Part shown: positions 26,791 through 36,244 of the stretch, piece after piece
Layout: the number at the start of each line of letters is the position of its first letter
Position numbering within the stretch: the stretch's first letter is position 1
DNA from: Clostridia bacterium
GTDB taxonomy: Bacteria; Bacillota; Clostridia; RGIG6154
Reading direction: 5' to 3'
Length of the DNA stretch: 64,000 nucleotides
NCBI GenBank assembly: GCA_045648505.1
Contig: JAZROD010000056.1
Location: 4,865 to 68,864 of the forward strand
The notes under the pieces: generated by a model
What the model was told of the DNA's origin: nothing
Seen by the model: the letters and a program-made list of their open reading frames with translations, nothing else
The model's database searches: none
Program-made: the position numbers and the translations under genes

Positions 26791-28434
26791 ATGAAAGATT
26801 ACTTAAATGCAGATAGCTATGAATTGACTTCAAACTCTGTTGAATTTGAAACAGAGGACAAGGAACTTAAGTTCATATATGATGAAGCAGAAAAATTGCT
26901 GAAAGAGAATATAAAGTATTTTAATGATTTCAAGGTTATAATTGAAGGCTCGAAGTATAACGGCGTATGGCTTGAAACTCAGCCTCTTGGTGGAGAAATG
27001 TATGCTAAAAGAGACCTTCAGGTAGCCCTTAACAACATTCTCATTTTTATGAAATATCAGCGCCGTGACGGAAGATATCCTGGTATGATAGTAAATTCCG
27101 GAAATTGGTGGGACGGAATGAGATGTATATATGATTGGATGCAGGGATGTTTTTTACCATATCCTGCTCTTAAAATGTACTATCATATCGGTGAGAATAA
27201 AGACTATCTTAAAGAATTGTATGCTTCTCTTAAAGCTTTTGATGAATATCTCTGGAAAGAAAGAGACAGCGATAACGACGGATGTCTTGAAAGCTGGTGT
27301 GTATGGGACACAGGGGAGGACAACTGCACAAAGCATATTCTTGCAGGAATGCCAATGTGTGACTTTGGACCGTGGGGAAGCTCAACTGCACCAAAGAATA
27401 CTAAAAAAGGCTGGTTTCCGCACGAGTCAGCAGAATATATGTCATATTCTTATGCAATGAGAAAAACTCTTGCAAAAATATCCGAAATTCTTGAAAACGA
27501 CGAATGCTTTGAATGGGAAAGAAAAGCAAAACAGGTTCAGGACAGATTTAAAGAATATCTCTGGGATGATGAAAAGAAATACTCTTTTGACAGAGATTGC
27601 AACAACGAAAAAATGGAAATTATGCTTGGCTCTGAAATTATCAAGTGTATGTACGGCGGAATTTATACACAGGAAATGGCGGATGAATTTATTAAAAAGC
27701 ATCTTTTAAATCCTGAAGAGTTCTGGACACCGTTCCCACTTCCTTCAATTGCGGTAAACGATAAGTATTTCCACGCAAACAAAGAGTATTCAAACTGTGC
27801 AAAAGAAGTTTATGAAATTCTTGGTGAAGAATCAGATATTGATGATAACAGCTGGTCAGGACCAGTTGAAGGACTTACATATCAGAGAAGCATAGAGGCT
27901 ATGCTTAACTATAATCACCATGCAGAAACTGTGTTAATCGGTGAAAAACTTATTGAACTTATTAAGAAAAATAAAATTTTCCCACAACAGTTCAATCCAT
28001 TCACAGGCGAAACCTGTAAAAATCCGCCAAACGGTTATGGACCTATGGTGTTTGCATTCCTTGATTATGTGAGCATTATATCAGGTGTTAATGTTTCTTA
28101 TAATGAAATATATTTCAGCTTTGCAAAAAAAGAGAAATTTTCATACACTCAGAATATAAGAGGCAAAAAGCTTACTCTTGAAAGTGATGGGGAATTTGCG
28201 AAAGCTTATGTAAACGGGGAAGAGAAATTCTCATTTAAAAACGGAATAAGAGTTAAAACAGATATGGATGGTAATATTTTATCTGTTTATGCAATAGCAC
28301 CTACTTCAGTTTCAGCAGAAATTGTTATTAAAAATGAGAAATATACATTTGATATAAATCCAAATGAAGAATTTCAGTTTAACTCAAAAGGATTTAAACT
28401 TACAAATAAAGTTCCTTTTGACTATAACTGTTGA
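26791..28434 (+). CDS. Hypothetical cytoplasmic protein, possibly an (alpha/alpha)6-barrel glycosidase-like fold (GH63/GH37/GH125-like). Tentative.
   Basis: AAAAAGGCAGG RBS. Trp/Asp-rich segments (GVWLETQPLGGEMY, WCVWDTGEDNC, WDGMRCIYDWMQGC) are typical of six-hairpin glycosidase families. No signal peptide. Confidence 0.55.
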   Translation: MKDYLNADSYELTSNSVEFETEDKELKFIYDEAEKLLKENIKYFNDFKVIIEGSKYNGVWLETQPLGGEMYAKRDLQVALNNILIFMKYQRRDGRYPGMIVNSGNWWDGMRCIYDWMQGCFLPYPALKMYYHIGENKDYLKELYASLKAFDEYLWKERDSDNDGCLESWCVWDTGEDNCTKHILAGMPMCDFGPWGSSTAPKNTKKGWFPHESAEYMSYSYAMRKTLAKISEILENDECFEWERKAKQVQDRFKEYLWDDEKKYSFDRDCNNEKMEIMLGSEIIKCMYGGIYTQEMADEFIKKHLLNPEEFWTPFPLPSIAVNDKYFHANKEYSNCAKEVYEILGEESDIDDNSWSGPVEGLTYQRSIEAMLNYNHHAETVLIGEKLIELIKKNKIFPQQFNPFTGETCKNPPNGYGPMVFAFLDYVSIISGVNVSYNEIYFSFAKKEKFSYTQNIRGKKLTLESDGEFAKAYVNGEEKFSFKNGIRVKTDMDGNILSVYAIAPTSVSAEIVIKNEKYTFDINPNEEFQFNSKGFKLTNKVPFDYNC

Positions 28435-28440
28435 ATTTGC

Positions 28441-28469
28441 TTGACAAATGTATGTTAAAATGTTATAAT
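28441..28469 (+). promoter_or_regulatory. Consensus sigma-A promoter of the pheST leader
   Basis: TTGACA (28441-28446), 17 nt, TATAAT (28464-28469). Confidence 0.55.
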
Positions 28470-28475
28470 TTACAA

Positions 28476-28730
28476 AGTTTAATAGAAGGCTATGAAAATG
28501 TGTAAGTAGTATGCGGAAAACTTTATCAAGAGAGAAAGCATCACCGGCTGTAAGTGCTTTTATAAAGACCGTATGTGAATTTCAGCATGGGAGCTGCCTG
28601 TGAAAAGCAATTGGCGTTAAACAGGATGCAGATGTGCAATAAACATCAAAAAGTGCAGGCAGATTTGCCTGAATTAGGGTGGTACCGCGAGCAAACTCGT
28701 CCCTTTGGACTTGTTTGCTCTTATTTTTTT
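28476..28730 (+). promoter_or_regulatory. T-box riboswitch leader, Phe-specific (UUC specifier), with terminator/antiterminator
   Basis: Conserved T-box sequence AATTAGGGTGGTACCGCG at 28672-28689. Candidate specifier-loop GAAUUUCAGCA with UUC at 28581-28583 followed by a purine. Terminator GAGCAAAC...GTTTGCTC plus a U-run at 28690-28730, whose 5' arm overlaps the T-box. Lies directly upstream of pheS. Confidence 0.8.
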
Positions 28731-28746
28731 ATTGGAGGTAAATAAA

Positions 28747-29781
28747 ATGGAAGAAAAAATCAAACTTCTTACACAAGAACTTGAAGAAATTCTCTCTAAA
28801 GATATAACAAGAGAAGAATACAAGGCTGTAAGAGAAAAATATTTAAGTAAAAAAGGCGGTTCAATTCCTGCCTTAATGACAGAGCTTAAAAACTATGCTC
28901 CTGAAGAAAGACCTTTAATTGGTAAAGTAATCAACGAGTTTAAAAATAAGGCAGAAGCTCTTTTTGATCAGGTTGAAGAAAAATTGAAAAATGCAGAACT
29001 TGCAGCTAAAAATGCTTCAGAGACAGTTGATGTAACACTCCCTGCATCTAAAAATGAAACAGGTGCACTTCACCCTGTAACACTTGTTAAAAGTGAAATC
29101 ATTTCAATTTTTCAGGGTATGGGATTTGAAGTGTTTGAAGGCCCTGAAATTGAAACAGATTATTATAACTTTACTGCTCTTAATGTTCCTGAAGACCATC
29201 CTGCAAGAGCAGAACAGGATACATTCTACATTAACGAAAAAATCCTTTTAAGAACACAGACATCACCGGGACAGATAAGAGTTATGGAAAACAAAAAGCC
29301 TCCTATCAAGGTTTTAAGCCCGGGCAGAGTTTTCCGTTCAGACTACGACGCAACACATTCACCAATGTTCCACCAGATGGAAGGACTTGTTGTTGATAAA
29401 AATATTTCTGTTTGCGACCTTTATGGTATGCTTGACCTTCTTGCTAAAAAGATTTTCTCAAGCGATACAAAAACAAGACTCCGTCCTTCATTCTTCCCAT
29501 TTACAGAACCAAGCGTTGAAGTTGATGTTACTTGCTGTGAATGTGGTGGAAGCGGTTGTAAACTTTGCAAAGGCACAGGTTGGATTGAAGTTTTAGGCGG
29601 TGGTATTGTAAACAGAGTTGTACTTGAAAACTGCGGTATTGACCCTGAAGAATATTCAGGTCTTGCCTTTGGTATTGGTATAGACAGAATTGCAATGCTT
29701 AAATACGGCATCAATAACATTCACATTTTATTTGATAATGACGTAAGAACCTTAAAACAGTTCAAACAGCAGCAGAAGTAA
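28747..29781 (+). CDS. pheS: Phenylalanine--tRNA ligase alpha subunit
   Basis: ATG 28747 with GGAGG RBS. Class II aaRS motifs [18 protein letters not shown] (motif 2) and [18 protein letters not shown] (motif 3). Confidence 0.9.
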   Translation: MEEKIKLLTQELEEILSKDITREEYKAVREKYLSKKGGSIPALMTELKNYAPEERPLIGKVINEFKNKAEALFDQVEEKLKNAELAAKNASETVDVTLPASKNETGALHPVTLVKSEIISIFQGMGFEVFEGPEIETDYYNFTALNVPEDHPARAEQDTFYINEKILLRTQTSPGQIRVMENKKPPIKVLSPGRVFRSDYDATHSPMFHQMEGLVVDKNISVCDLYGMLDLLAKKIFSSDTKTRLRPSFFPFTEPSVEVDVTCCECGGSGCKLCKGTGWIEVLGGGIVNRVVLENCGIDPEEYSGLAFGIGIDRIAMLKYGINNIHILFDNDVRTLKQFKQQQK

Positions 29782-29794
29782 GGAGGGAATTTAA

Positions 29795-32191
29795 ATGAAA
29801 GCACCACTTAGTTGGTTAAAGGATTATGTTGATATAGATATTTCAGTTAAAGAGCTTGAAGAAAAGCTTTTCTCAAGCGGATTTGAAGTTGAAGAGCTTA
29901 TTTACCTTGGTGAAGAAATTTCAAGATGTGTAGTTGGACAGATTACAAAAATTGAAAAGCATCAGGATTCAGACCATCTTCAGATTTGTCAGCTTGACTG
30001 CGGAGAAGAATATGGCAGAGAAATTCAGATTGTAACAGGTGCGGACAATGTTTTTGTTGGGGCAAAAGTTCCTGTTGCACTTGATGGTTCAACTCTTGCT
30101 AACGGCATTAAAATCAAAAAAGGTAAATTAAGAGGCGTTGAATCAAACGGTATGCTTTGTTCAGGTGAAGAACTTGGCATCAATGATGATTGGTACGAAG
30201 GTGCAGATGTTTACGGTATTTTAATTCTTGAAGAAGATGCAAAAATCGGTGAAGATATCTGCAAAGTTGTAGGACTTGACGATTATATTTTTGATATCGG
30301 TATTACTGCAAACAGACCTGACTGTCAGTCAATTTTAGGTCTTGCAAGAGAAATTGCGGCTATTCTTAAAAAGCCTGTTAAAATGCCTGATATGAGCTAT
30401 ACTGAAAAGGCAGAAGCAAATGATGATGAAATCAAAATTATGGTTAAAGATCAGGACCTTTGCCCAAGATATATCGGTCATTTTGTTAAAGATGTTAAAA
30501 TTGAAAAAGCTCCAAAATGGATGAGAAAGCGTTTAGCTCTTGTTGGTATTAATTCGATTAACAATATAGTTGACATTACAAACTTTATTCTTATGGAACT
30601 TGGTCAGCCAATGCACGCATTTGACCTTGCAGACCTTGAGGGAAAAACAATTGATGTAAGACGCGCAAAAAAAGGCGAAAAAATCACAACTCTTGACGAA
30701 AAAGAGTTTGAACTTAATGAAAATAACCTTGTTATCTGTGATGCTAAAAAGCCTGTTGCACTTGCAGGTATTATGGGCGGTCTTAACAGCGAAATCAAAG
30801 AAACAACAAAAGATGTTGTTTTTGAAGCTGCTAAATTTGCAAGAGACAGTGTTAGAAAAACATCAAGAAGCCTTGGACAGTCATCAGATTCATCTGCAAA
30901 ATTCTGTAAAGGTGTTGACGAATACACAACACAGTGTGCTATGAAGAGAGCACTTCACCTTATTGAAGAATTAAACTGTGGTACAGTTTCTGCCACAAAA
31001 CAGGAAGTTGCTGCAAAAGAAATTACTCCTACAGTGGTTAACACAACTTTTGCAAAAATCAATAAGGTACTTGGTATTGAAGTTCCAAGTGATAAAATTG
31101 CAGAAATTTTAAAGAGCCTTGAATTTGAAGTTGAAGTAAACGGCGAAAATATCAAAGCGGTTGCTCCACTTTACAGAGAAGATGTTGCAAGCTATGAAGA
31201 TTTGGCAGAAGAAGTAATAAGACTTTACGGTTATGACCATATCGTTCCTCAGATGCTTAAATTTGCAACTGTTACAAACGGCGGATTTACAGAAGCACAG
31301 AAAATGGAGCTCAAAGCTAAAAATGCTCTTAAAAATCAGGGCGCTTATGAAACAGTAACATTCAGCTTCTATTCTAGCAAAGAACTTGATATGTTAAAGC
31401 TTAATGAAGATGATGAATTAAGAAAAGCCATAAGAATAGATAATCCTATAAGTGAAAACTATTCAATTATGTGCACAACACTTGTTCCTAACATAATTAA
31501 TATTATGGTTAAGAACTTCAAAAACGGCAATCAGGAAGGAAGATTCTTTGAACTTGCAAATGTATATATTGCAAAGCAGTTCCCACTTACAGAGCTTCCT
31601 GATGAAAATAAAACAATCGTAGTAGGAACTTATGGTGAAAGCGAAGACTTCTTCAAATTAAAAGGTATTGTAGAAGGTCTTGCAGAAGACTTTAACCTTG
31701 AATTTTCATACAGAAAAGCAGAGAAAACATTCCTTCATCCTGGTATTACTGCAGAAATCCTCTGCGGTGGAGAAGTAATTGGTTATATGGGTAAGCTTTC
31801 TTATGAAGTTTGCGAAGATATTTCACTTGGTAAAGATGCTTTCGTTGCAGAAATCAACTATGAGCTTCTTAAAAAGAACTTTAAATCAACAATGAAATAT
31901 GCTCCGATTTCAAAATTCCCTGAAATTGAAAGAGACTTTGCATTTGTTTGTGATGAAGAAGTTACTTGCGGTGAAATTGAAGAATCAATCAGAAAATCAT
32001 GTAAGTATGTAACAAAAATCAAACTTTTCGATATCTTCAGAGGAAAACAAATCGGCGAAGGTAAGAAGAGTATGGCATTTAATGTTATTTTAACACCTGA
32101 AGATGAAGAACTTTCACAGAAAGTAATCGATAAGGCGGTTACAAAAATCTTAAAAGACCTTGAATTCAAATTAAATATCACATTAAGATAA
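29795..32191 (+). CDS. pheT: Phenylalanine--tRNA ligase beta subunit
   Basis: MKAPLSWLKDYVDI is the canonical PheT N-terminus. tRNA-binding, B3/B4, B5 and C-terminal FDX-ACB domains present. 798 aa. Starts 13 nt after pheS. Confidence 0.9.
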   Translation: MKAPLSWLKDYVDIDISVKELEEKLFSSGFEVEELIYLGEEISRCVVGQITKIEKHQDSDHLQICQLDCGEEYGREIQIVTGADNVFVGAKVPVALDGSTLANGIKIKKGKLRGVESNGMLCSGEELGINDDWYEGADVYGILILEEDAKIGEDICKVVGLDDYIFDIGITANRPDCQSILGLAREIAAILKKPVKMPDMSYTEKAEANDDEIKIMVKDQDLCPRYIGHFVKDVKIEKAPKWMRKRLALVGINSINNIVDITNFILMELGQPMHAFDLADLEGKTIDVRRAKKGEKITTLDEKEFELNENNLVICDAKKPVALAGIMGGLNSEIKETTKDVVFEAAKFARDSVRKTSRSLGQSSDSSAKFCKGVDEYTTQCAMKRALHLIEELNCGTVSATKQEVAAKEITPTVVNTTFAKINKVLGIEVPSDKIAEILKSLEFEVEVNGENIKAVAPLYREDVASYEDLAEEVIRLYGYDHIVPQMLKFATVTNGGFTEAQKMELKAKNALKNQGAYETVTFSFYSSKELDMLKLNEDDELRKAIRIDNPISENYSIMCTTLVPNIINIMVKNFKNGNQEGRFFELANVYIAKQFPLTELPDENKTIVVGTYGESEDFFKLKGIVEGLAEDFNLEFSYRKAEKTFLHPGITAEILCGGEVIGYMGKLSYEVCEDISLGKDAFVAEINYELLKKNFKSTMKYAPISKFPEIERDFAFVCDEEVTCGEIEESIRKSCKYVTKIKLFDIFRGKQIGEGKKSMAFNVILTPEDEELSQKVIDKAVTKILKDLEFKLNITLR

Positions 32192-32219
32192 AATAAGAGC
32201 TTCGGCTCTTATTTTTTAT
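32192..32219 (+). terminator. Intrinsic terminator after pheT
   Basis: AATAAGAGC-ttcg-GCTCTTATT followed by TTTTAT. Confidence 0.65.
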
Positions 32220-32227
32220 GTCCTTGC

Positions 32228-32256
32228 TTGTCATTTATAAGTCATTGTAATATATA
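32228..32256 (+). promoter_or_regulatory. Putative promoter of the phage-like three-gene module
   Basis: TTGTCA - 17 nt - TATATA, about 35 nt upstream of the ATG at 32291. Confidence 0.4.
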
Positions 32257-32290
32257 GGTGTTGTAAAGTTCAAATTTGAAAGGAGAAGAA

Positions 32291-33409
32291 ATGACGAGGA
32301 ATATTTATGTGGGCGAAAACTACAGCCGAAAAGTGACAACACCTTTAATTACCACAGATCAGAATGCATACAAAATAATGTGGGATAGTAAGTGCAGTAA
32401 TGGTGTTTTCAAAATCACTGCCCTAAAATCAGACGGCTCATCTGTGTTTGATTTTGGAGAGCTTACAGATGAAGGCACTGCAACTTATGTTATGTCAAGT
32501 GATATGTATAATGTGGAAGGTCCTTTAAAGCTTTATCTGGCAATAGTTGAAAATGAAAGTGTAACAACTGCGAGAGAAATCAATTTCACGGTTAAGGCAG
32601 GAGCAGATGAAACAAAAATATCTGAAAACAATGCAAACCCGATAAACTCTCTTGCAATGCAGATAGCACAAAACAAAGCAGAAACAGATGCAAAAATCAT
32701 GAATTTGCAGGATAAAGGAACAAGTAACATATACACACTCAAAGAGGGTGAGGATATGTCAGTTACAGACGGAGTAGTTACAAAGCTTCTGAAAAATGAC
32801 TATTCAGCCTATGAGGCTATTGCGTTTCCCGAAGGAATAACAGAAATAAGATTGCCGGAAGGTGTTGGTGGAGAAACACCTTTCATTGCAAATAAAGTCA
32901 TTATGCCGGAAAGTCTCAGAGTGATAGGACGATTAAGTTTTTCAAATTATGTGGAATTTGATGATCAGGACAATATTGTTGATGATAGCGTTGTTGTAAG
33001 AGTGAAAGAATATGTGCTTAATGAAGGGCTTGAAGCACTAAAACTTTATGCTTTTGCAGGAAATGTGCTACTGGAGAAAATTAATATACCGAGCACGTTA
33101 GCTAACATCGAAAGAGGTGTATTTGAATACTGCGACAGCCTTAAAAAAATAGTTATTCCAGCTACTGTAACGGAAATAGACGATGGTAATTTTACAGCAA
33201 CATCCTTAAAAAAAGAAGATGCAACAATAATATATGGTTTTGCAGGCAGTGAGGCGGAAAGATATGCAAAAAACGAAAACTGGCTTAAAGCATATGAAAA
33301 CGAATTTATCAATACTGGAAGTGATTATTCAAAGCAGATAGGAGATATTGAAACTGCAGTTGACAGTATTATTGCTATTCAGAATTCTCTTTTGGAGGTG
33401 AGTGAATGA
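32291..33409 (+). CDS. Phage-type receptor-binding/tail-associated protein. It has an N-terminal BppU_N-like (baseplate upper protein) domain and C-terminal BspA-type leucine-rich repeats.
   Basis: ATG 32291 with AAAGGAGAAG RBS. The first ~110 aa (MTRNIYVGENYSRKVTTPLITTDQNAYKIMWDS...FTVKAG) resemble BppU N-terminal domains of siphophage baseplates. C-terminal repeats (LEKINIPSTLANIERGVFEYCDSLKKIVIPATVTEIDDGNF) look like BspA-type LRRs. No signal peptide. Confidence 0.65.
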   Translation: MTRNIYVGENYSRKVTTPLITTDQNAYKIMWDSKCSNGVFKITALKSDGSSVFDFGELTDEGTATYVMSSDMYNVEGPLKLYLAIVENESVTTAREINFTVKAGADETKISENNANPINSLAMQIAQNKAETDAKIMNLQDKGTSNIYTLKEGEDMSVTDGVVTKLLKNDYSAYEAIAFPEGITEIRLPEGVGGETPFIANKVIMPESLRVIGRLSFSNYVEFDDQDNIVDDSVVVRVKEYVLNEGLEALKLYAFAGNVLLEKINIPSTLANIERGVFEYCDSLKKIVIPATVTEIDDGNFTATSLKKEDATIIYGFAGSEAERYAKNENWLKAYENEFINTGSDYSKQIGDIETAVDSIIAIQNSLLEVSE

Positions 33410-34308
33410 GTATTGCAGATAAGCTTACAACCATAGCAGAAAATGAGCAGAAGATTTATAACAAAGGCGGTCTTGATGTTTCACCACAGGAAAGCGTAAG
33501 CGGAGAAGCAATATGCATAACAGATATATCACCTATTGAGCATAATATGGCGGTAAGTGTTAGCGGTGTGGAAGATTTGAGCACAGTTAAGTTATATAAG
33601 GGTGGAAAGAATTTATATAAGCTTGATATAGCTAATATGAGCAATGCTTATCCACACTTGGGTGAAGCTACACTAATTGAAAAAACAGAGAATGGTGCAA
33701 TAGTACAAGGTAAAGTTTATGCAAGTGGAGGAGGCGACTCGTCTTGGTATAATGGTTGGTTTCAACCATATAAGAATGGGAGCACATCAAGTGTTTATTT
33801 AAGGAAAGGTGATAAGGTTACTGTTTCTGCAGATGTAACTTGGCTTGATATAACTAATTATAAAGCTGGTGAAAAATTGGGTTGTTACTTAAATAAACAG
33901 AATACTGACAGTAATAATGCTGCTGTTTTTCTTAATAAATCACCAACAAGCGCAGATGTAGGAATAACTTATAGAGTGAAAGCAACCCACACAATTAAAA
34001 CAACAGACGGATATTATATACCTATCTTTACTCTTAACTCTTGCAAAATGAAAATAGAAAACATACAAATTTCATTTGATGGTGATACAGAGTATGAGCC
34101 ATATATAGAATCTACTGTATATGATGTATCGGCAGACGGAACAGTTGAGGGTGTTAAGTCAATTTATCCAAACACTACACTTTATACAGATACAGAAGGT
34201 GTGGTGATTGATTGCACATATTATCAGGATGGCAAAAAAGTAAAAGAAAATTTAACAGATCTGATGTTATCACCTAGAGGTGCCACCGGAGAGGTGATAG
34301 AGAAATGA
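33406..34308 (+). CDS. Phage tail-fibre-like hypothetical protein
   Basis: 4-nt ATGA overlap with the upstream gene. N-terminus MSIADKLTTIAENEQKIYNKG resembles the N-termini of tail-fibre/host-specificity proteins of Firmicutes phages. Beta-rich and Gly/Tyr/Asn-rich. No signal peptide. Confidence 0.55.
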   Translation: MSIADKLTTIAENEQKIYNKGGLDVSPQESVSGEAICITDISPIEHNMAVSVSGVEDLSTVKLYKGGKNLYKLDIANMSNAYPHLGEATLIEKTENGAIVQGKVYASGGGDSSWYNGWFQPYKNGSTSSVYLRKGDKVTVSADVTWLDITNYKAGEKLGCYLNKQNTDSNNAAVFLNKSPTSADVGITYRVKATHTIKTTDGYYIPIFTLNSCKMKIENIQISFDGDTEYEPYIESTVYDVSADGTVEGVKSIYPNTTLYTDTEGVVIDCTYYQDGKKVKENLTDLMLSPRGATGEVIEK

Positions 34309-34955
34309 GAATAAATTTTAAACAAGCACATAGCAGTAACTTCTGCATAGGCAGAACGCAAAGTATAAAATACATAGTTATCCATTACACCGCAAATGAC
34401 GGAGATACGGCGAAAAACAATGTTGATTATTATGCAAGGGAAAGTATAAAGGCATCTGCCCACTACTTTGTTGATGAGAATGAAATATGGCAGTCTGTAA
34501 AAGAAGGGGATACAGCATATCACTGCGGTGCTAATGTATATAAGCATAAAGAGTGCAGAAATTCAAACAGTATAGGAATTGAACTTTGCTCAAGACAGTA
34601 TAAAGACGGAAGATATTACATTAAACCTGAAACAGTTAAAAATGCAGTAAATCTTGTAAAAGAGCTTATGGCTAAATACAATATATCTGCAGAAAGCGTT
34701 ATAAGGCATTATGATGTAACAGGCAAAATATGTCCCGCACCAATGGTAAATGATGAAAAGCAGTGGTCAGAATTTAAATTTATGCTTAATGAAAAAGCAG
34801 AATGTGGCTACGATATCAACAACATATTAAAAGCCAGGTACAAAATAACTTTTGAAAGTACAGACAATGAAATGGAATTTATAAGAGAACTTGATGAACT
34901 GAAGAAGAAGGACAGTAAAGTATACTGGGTTTACTATAAGCTTGCAAATAATTGA
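34305..34955 (+). CDS. N-acetylmuramoyl-L-alanine amidase (amidase_2/PGRP fold), endolysin-like, with an uncharacterised 70-aa C-terminal extension
   Basis: YIVIHYTANDG...ASAHYFVDENEIWQSVKEGDTAYHCGA...IGIELC...IRHYDVTGKICPAPM matches the zinc amidase_2 motifs (His, His, Cys ligands). 4-nt overlap with the upstream gene. No signal peptide and no adjacent holin. Confidence 0.85.
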   Translation: MRINFKQAHSSNFCIGRTQSIKYIVIHYTANDGDTAKNNVDYYARESIKASAHYFVDENEIWQSVKEGDTAYHCGANVYKHKECRNSNSIGIELCSRQYKDGRYYIKPETVKNAVNLVKELMAKYNISAESVIRHYDVTGKICPAPMVNDEKQWSEFKFMLNEKAECGYDINNILKARYKITFESTDNEMEFIRELDELKKKDSKVYWVYYKLANN

Positions 34956-34980
34956 CAATAAAGGGCAAATGGTGTATAAT
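34952..34980 (+). promoter_or_regulatory. Consensus sigma-A promoter inside the 3' end of the amidase gene, driving the nucleotidyltransferase gene
   Basis: TTGACA (34952-34957), 17 nt, TATAAT (34975-34980). An AGGTGGTGAG RBS at 34990-34999 then precedes an in-frame GTG at 35003. Confidence 0.5.
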
Positions 34981-35002
34981 TTCACCGTTAGGTGGTGAGA
35001 AT

Positions 35003-36214
35003 GTGACAGAGAATTTCAAAGATATGCTTGCTTTTTATGCGTGGGGTTCAACCGGGTATAAAAATATTGAAGATAAAGAATATGACTATGAACAGATTTT
35101 GTCTCTTGCAAAGAAACAAGGAGTTTTTCATATTGTTTACAGTGTGTTAAAACAATACACCAATGATGAAACAGTTGTTAATCTTAATTCCCTGTATCTT
35201 ATGTCTATTTTAAAGCACCAAAGCAGAACGGATGCTATTGAGAAAATTATAAGCAAGCTTGAAGCTGAAGGAATAGATGTATGTCACATTAAAGGTAAAA
35301 CCTTATCATCCCTTTATTATTACCCTGAAACAAGACTTTCAGGCGATGTTGACCTTCTTATAAATGAAGAAGATGAAATTAAAGCAAAAAGGATTCTTGA
35401 AAAAGAAGGATTTAAATGTGAAATGCGTTCTGATGATGCAAATCACAGTGAGTGTATCCACGAAAGGCTTGGTCTTATAGAGCTTCATGTAAAGCTTTAT
35501 TATGATATAATGAAAGATATATGGTTTGGCAGTGATGATATGCTGAAAGAACCATATATGGTTATAGATGGAATAAAAACACTTTCATATACAGACGGCT
35601 TCATATACAATTTTATGCACGCCACAAAGCACTTTCTTTCAAATGGTACATCTGTCCGTCACATAACTGATGTGCTTCTTTACGGGCAAAAACATAAAGA
35701 AAAAATTGATTTTGAAAGAGTGTTTTTAACTCTTGAAAAATTAAAATACAAAGAGTTTTTAGATGCCTTTGTTAAAATAGGTGAAAATTATTTCAATATA
35801 ACACCACTGTATCATACTGACAGTAATAATGCAGATCTTGTGCTTACGGATATTGAAGAAAGCGGAATCTTCGGTAAAAACATCAAAAAAGCAGGTGCAT
35901 TGTTTGAAATTTATACTGATTTAAGATATTCAACTTTCAAAAAAGGAGATAAAACAAAATATCTGACAAACTGGAGAAGAAAAAATATCTTAAAGGCGTT
36001 ATCTTATTCAACAAATAATATGAAGAGAAAATATCCTTTTATGGAGAAAGGAATTCATTATCTTCCAAAAGCTTATGTGCTTCATACTAAAGACATAATC
36101 AGTAAAGCATTTAAAAGAAAAAAACTTATGGAAGACTTTGTTGAATTTAAACCTGCAGAAAACAAAGCACTTGACAATAAAATAGAACTTATTAAAAAAT
36201 TGAATATGATATAA
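35003..36214 (+). CDS. Uncharacterised nucleotidyltransferase (Pol-beta superfamily, PF14907-like)
   Basis: Motif TRLSGDVDLLINEED fits the hG[GS]...D.[DE] pattern of minimal nucleotidyltransferases. The ORF track starts at 34952 (TTG), but the consensus promoter at 34952-34980 lies inside that extension, so I place the start at GTG 35003. Confidence 0.6.
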   Translation: MTENFKDMLAFYAWGSTGYKNIEDKEYDYEQILSLAKKQGVFHIVYSVLKQYTNDETVVNLNSLYLMSILKHQSRTDAIEKIISKLEAEGIDVCHIKGKTLSSLYYYPETRLSGDVDLLINEEDEIKAKRILEKEGFKCEMRSDDANHSECIHERLGLIELHVKLYYDIMKDIWFGSDDMLKEPYMVIDGIKTLSYTDGFIYNFMHATKHFLSNGTSVRHITDVLLYGQKHKEKIDFERVFLTLEKLKYKEFLDAFVKIGENYFNITPLYHTDSNNADLVLTDIEESGIFGKNIKKAGALFEIYTDLRYSTFKKGDKTKYLTNWRRKNILKALSYSTNNMKRKYPFMEKGIHYLPKAYVLHTKDIISKAFKRKKLMEDFVEFKPAENKALDNKIELIKKLNMI

Positions 36215-36244
36215 AAAGAGTGGTTATTTTAACCACTCTTTTTT
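36214..36244. terminator. Bidirectional terminator between the convergent nucleotidyltransferase (+) and NUDIX (-) genes
   Basis: AAAAGAGTGGTT-atttt-AACCACTCTTTT perfect 12-bp inverted repeat. It overlaps the NUDIX stop codon. Confidence 0.55.

Noticed and set aside
34200-34320. Holin gene upstream of or overlapping the amidase
   Set aside because: No small two- or three-TM ORF exists between 33406 and 34955 in any frame. The 300-aa upstream protein is soluble.
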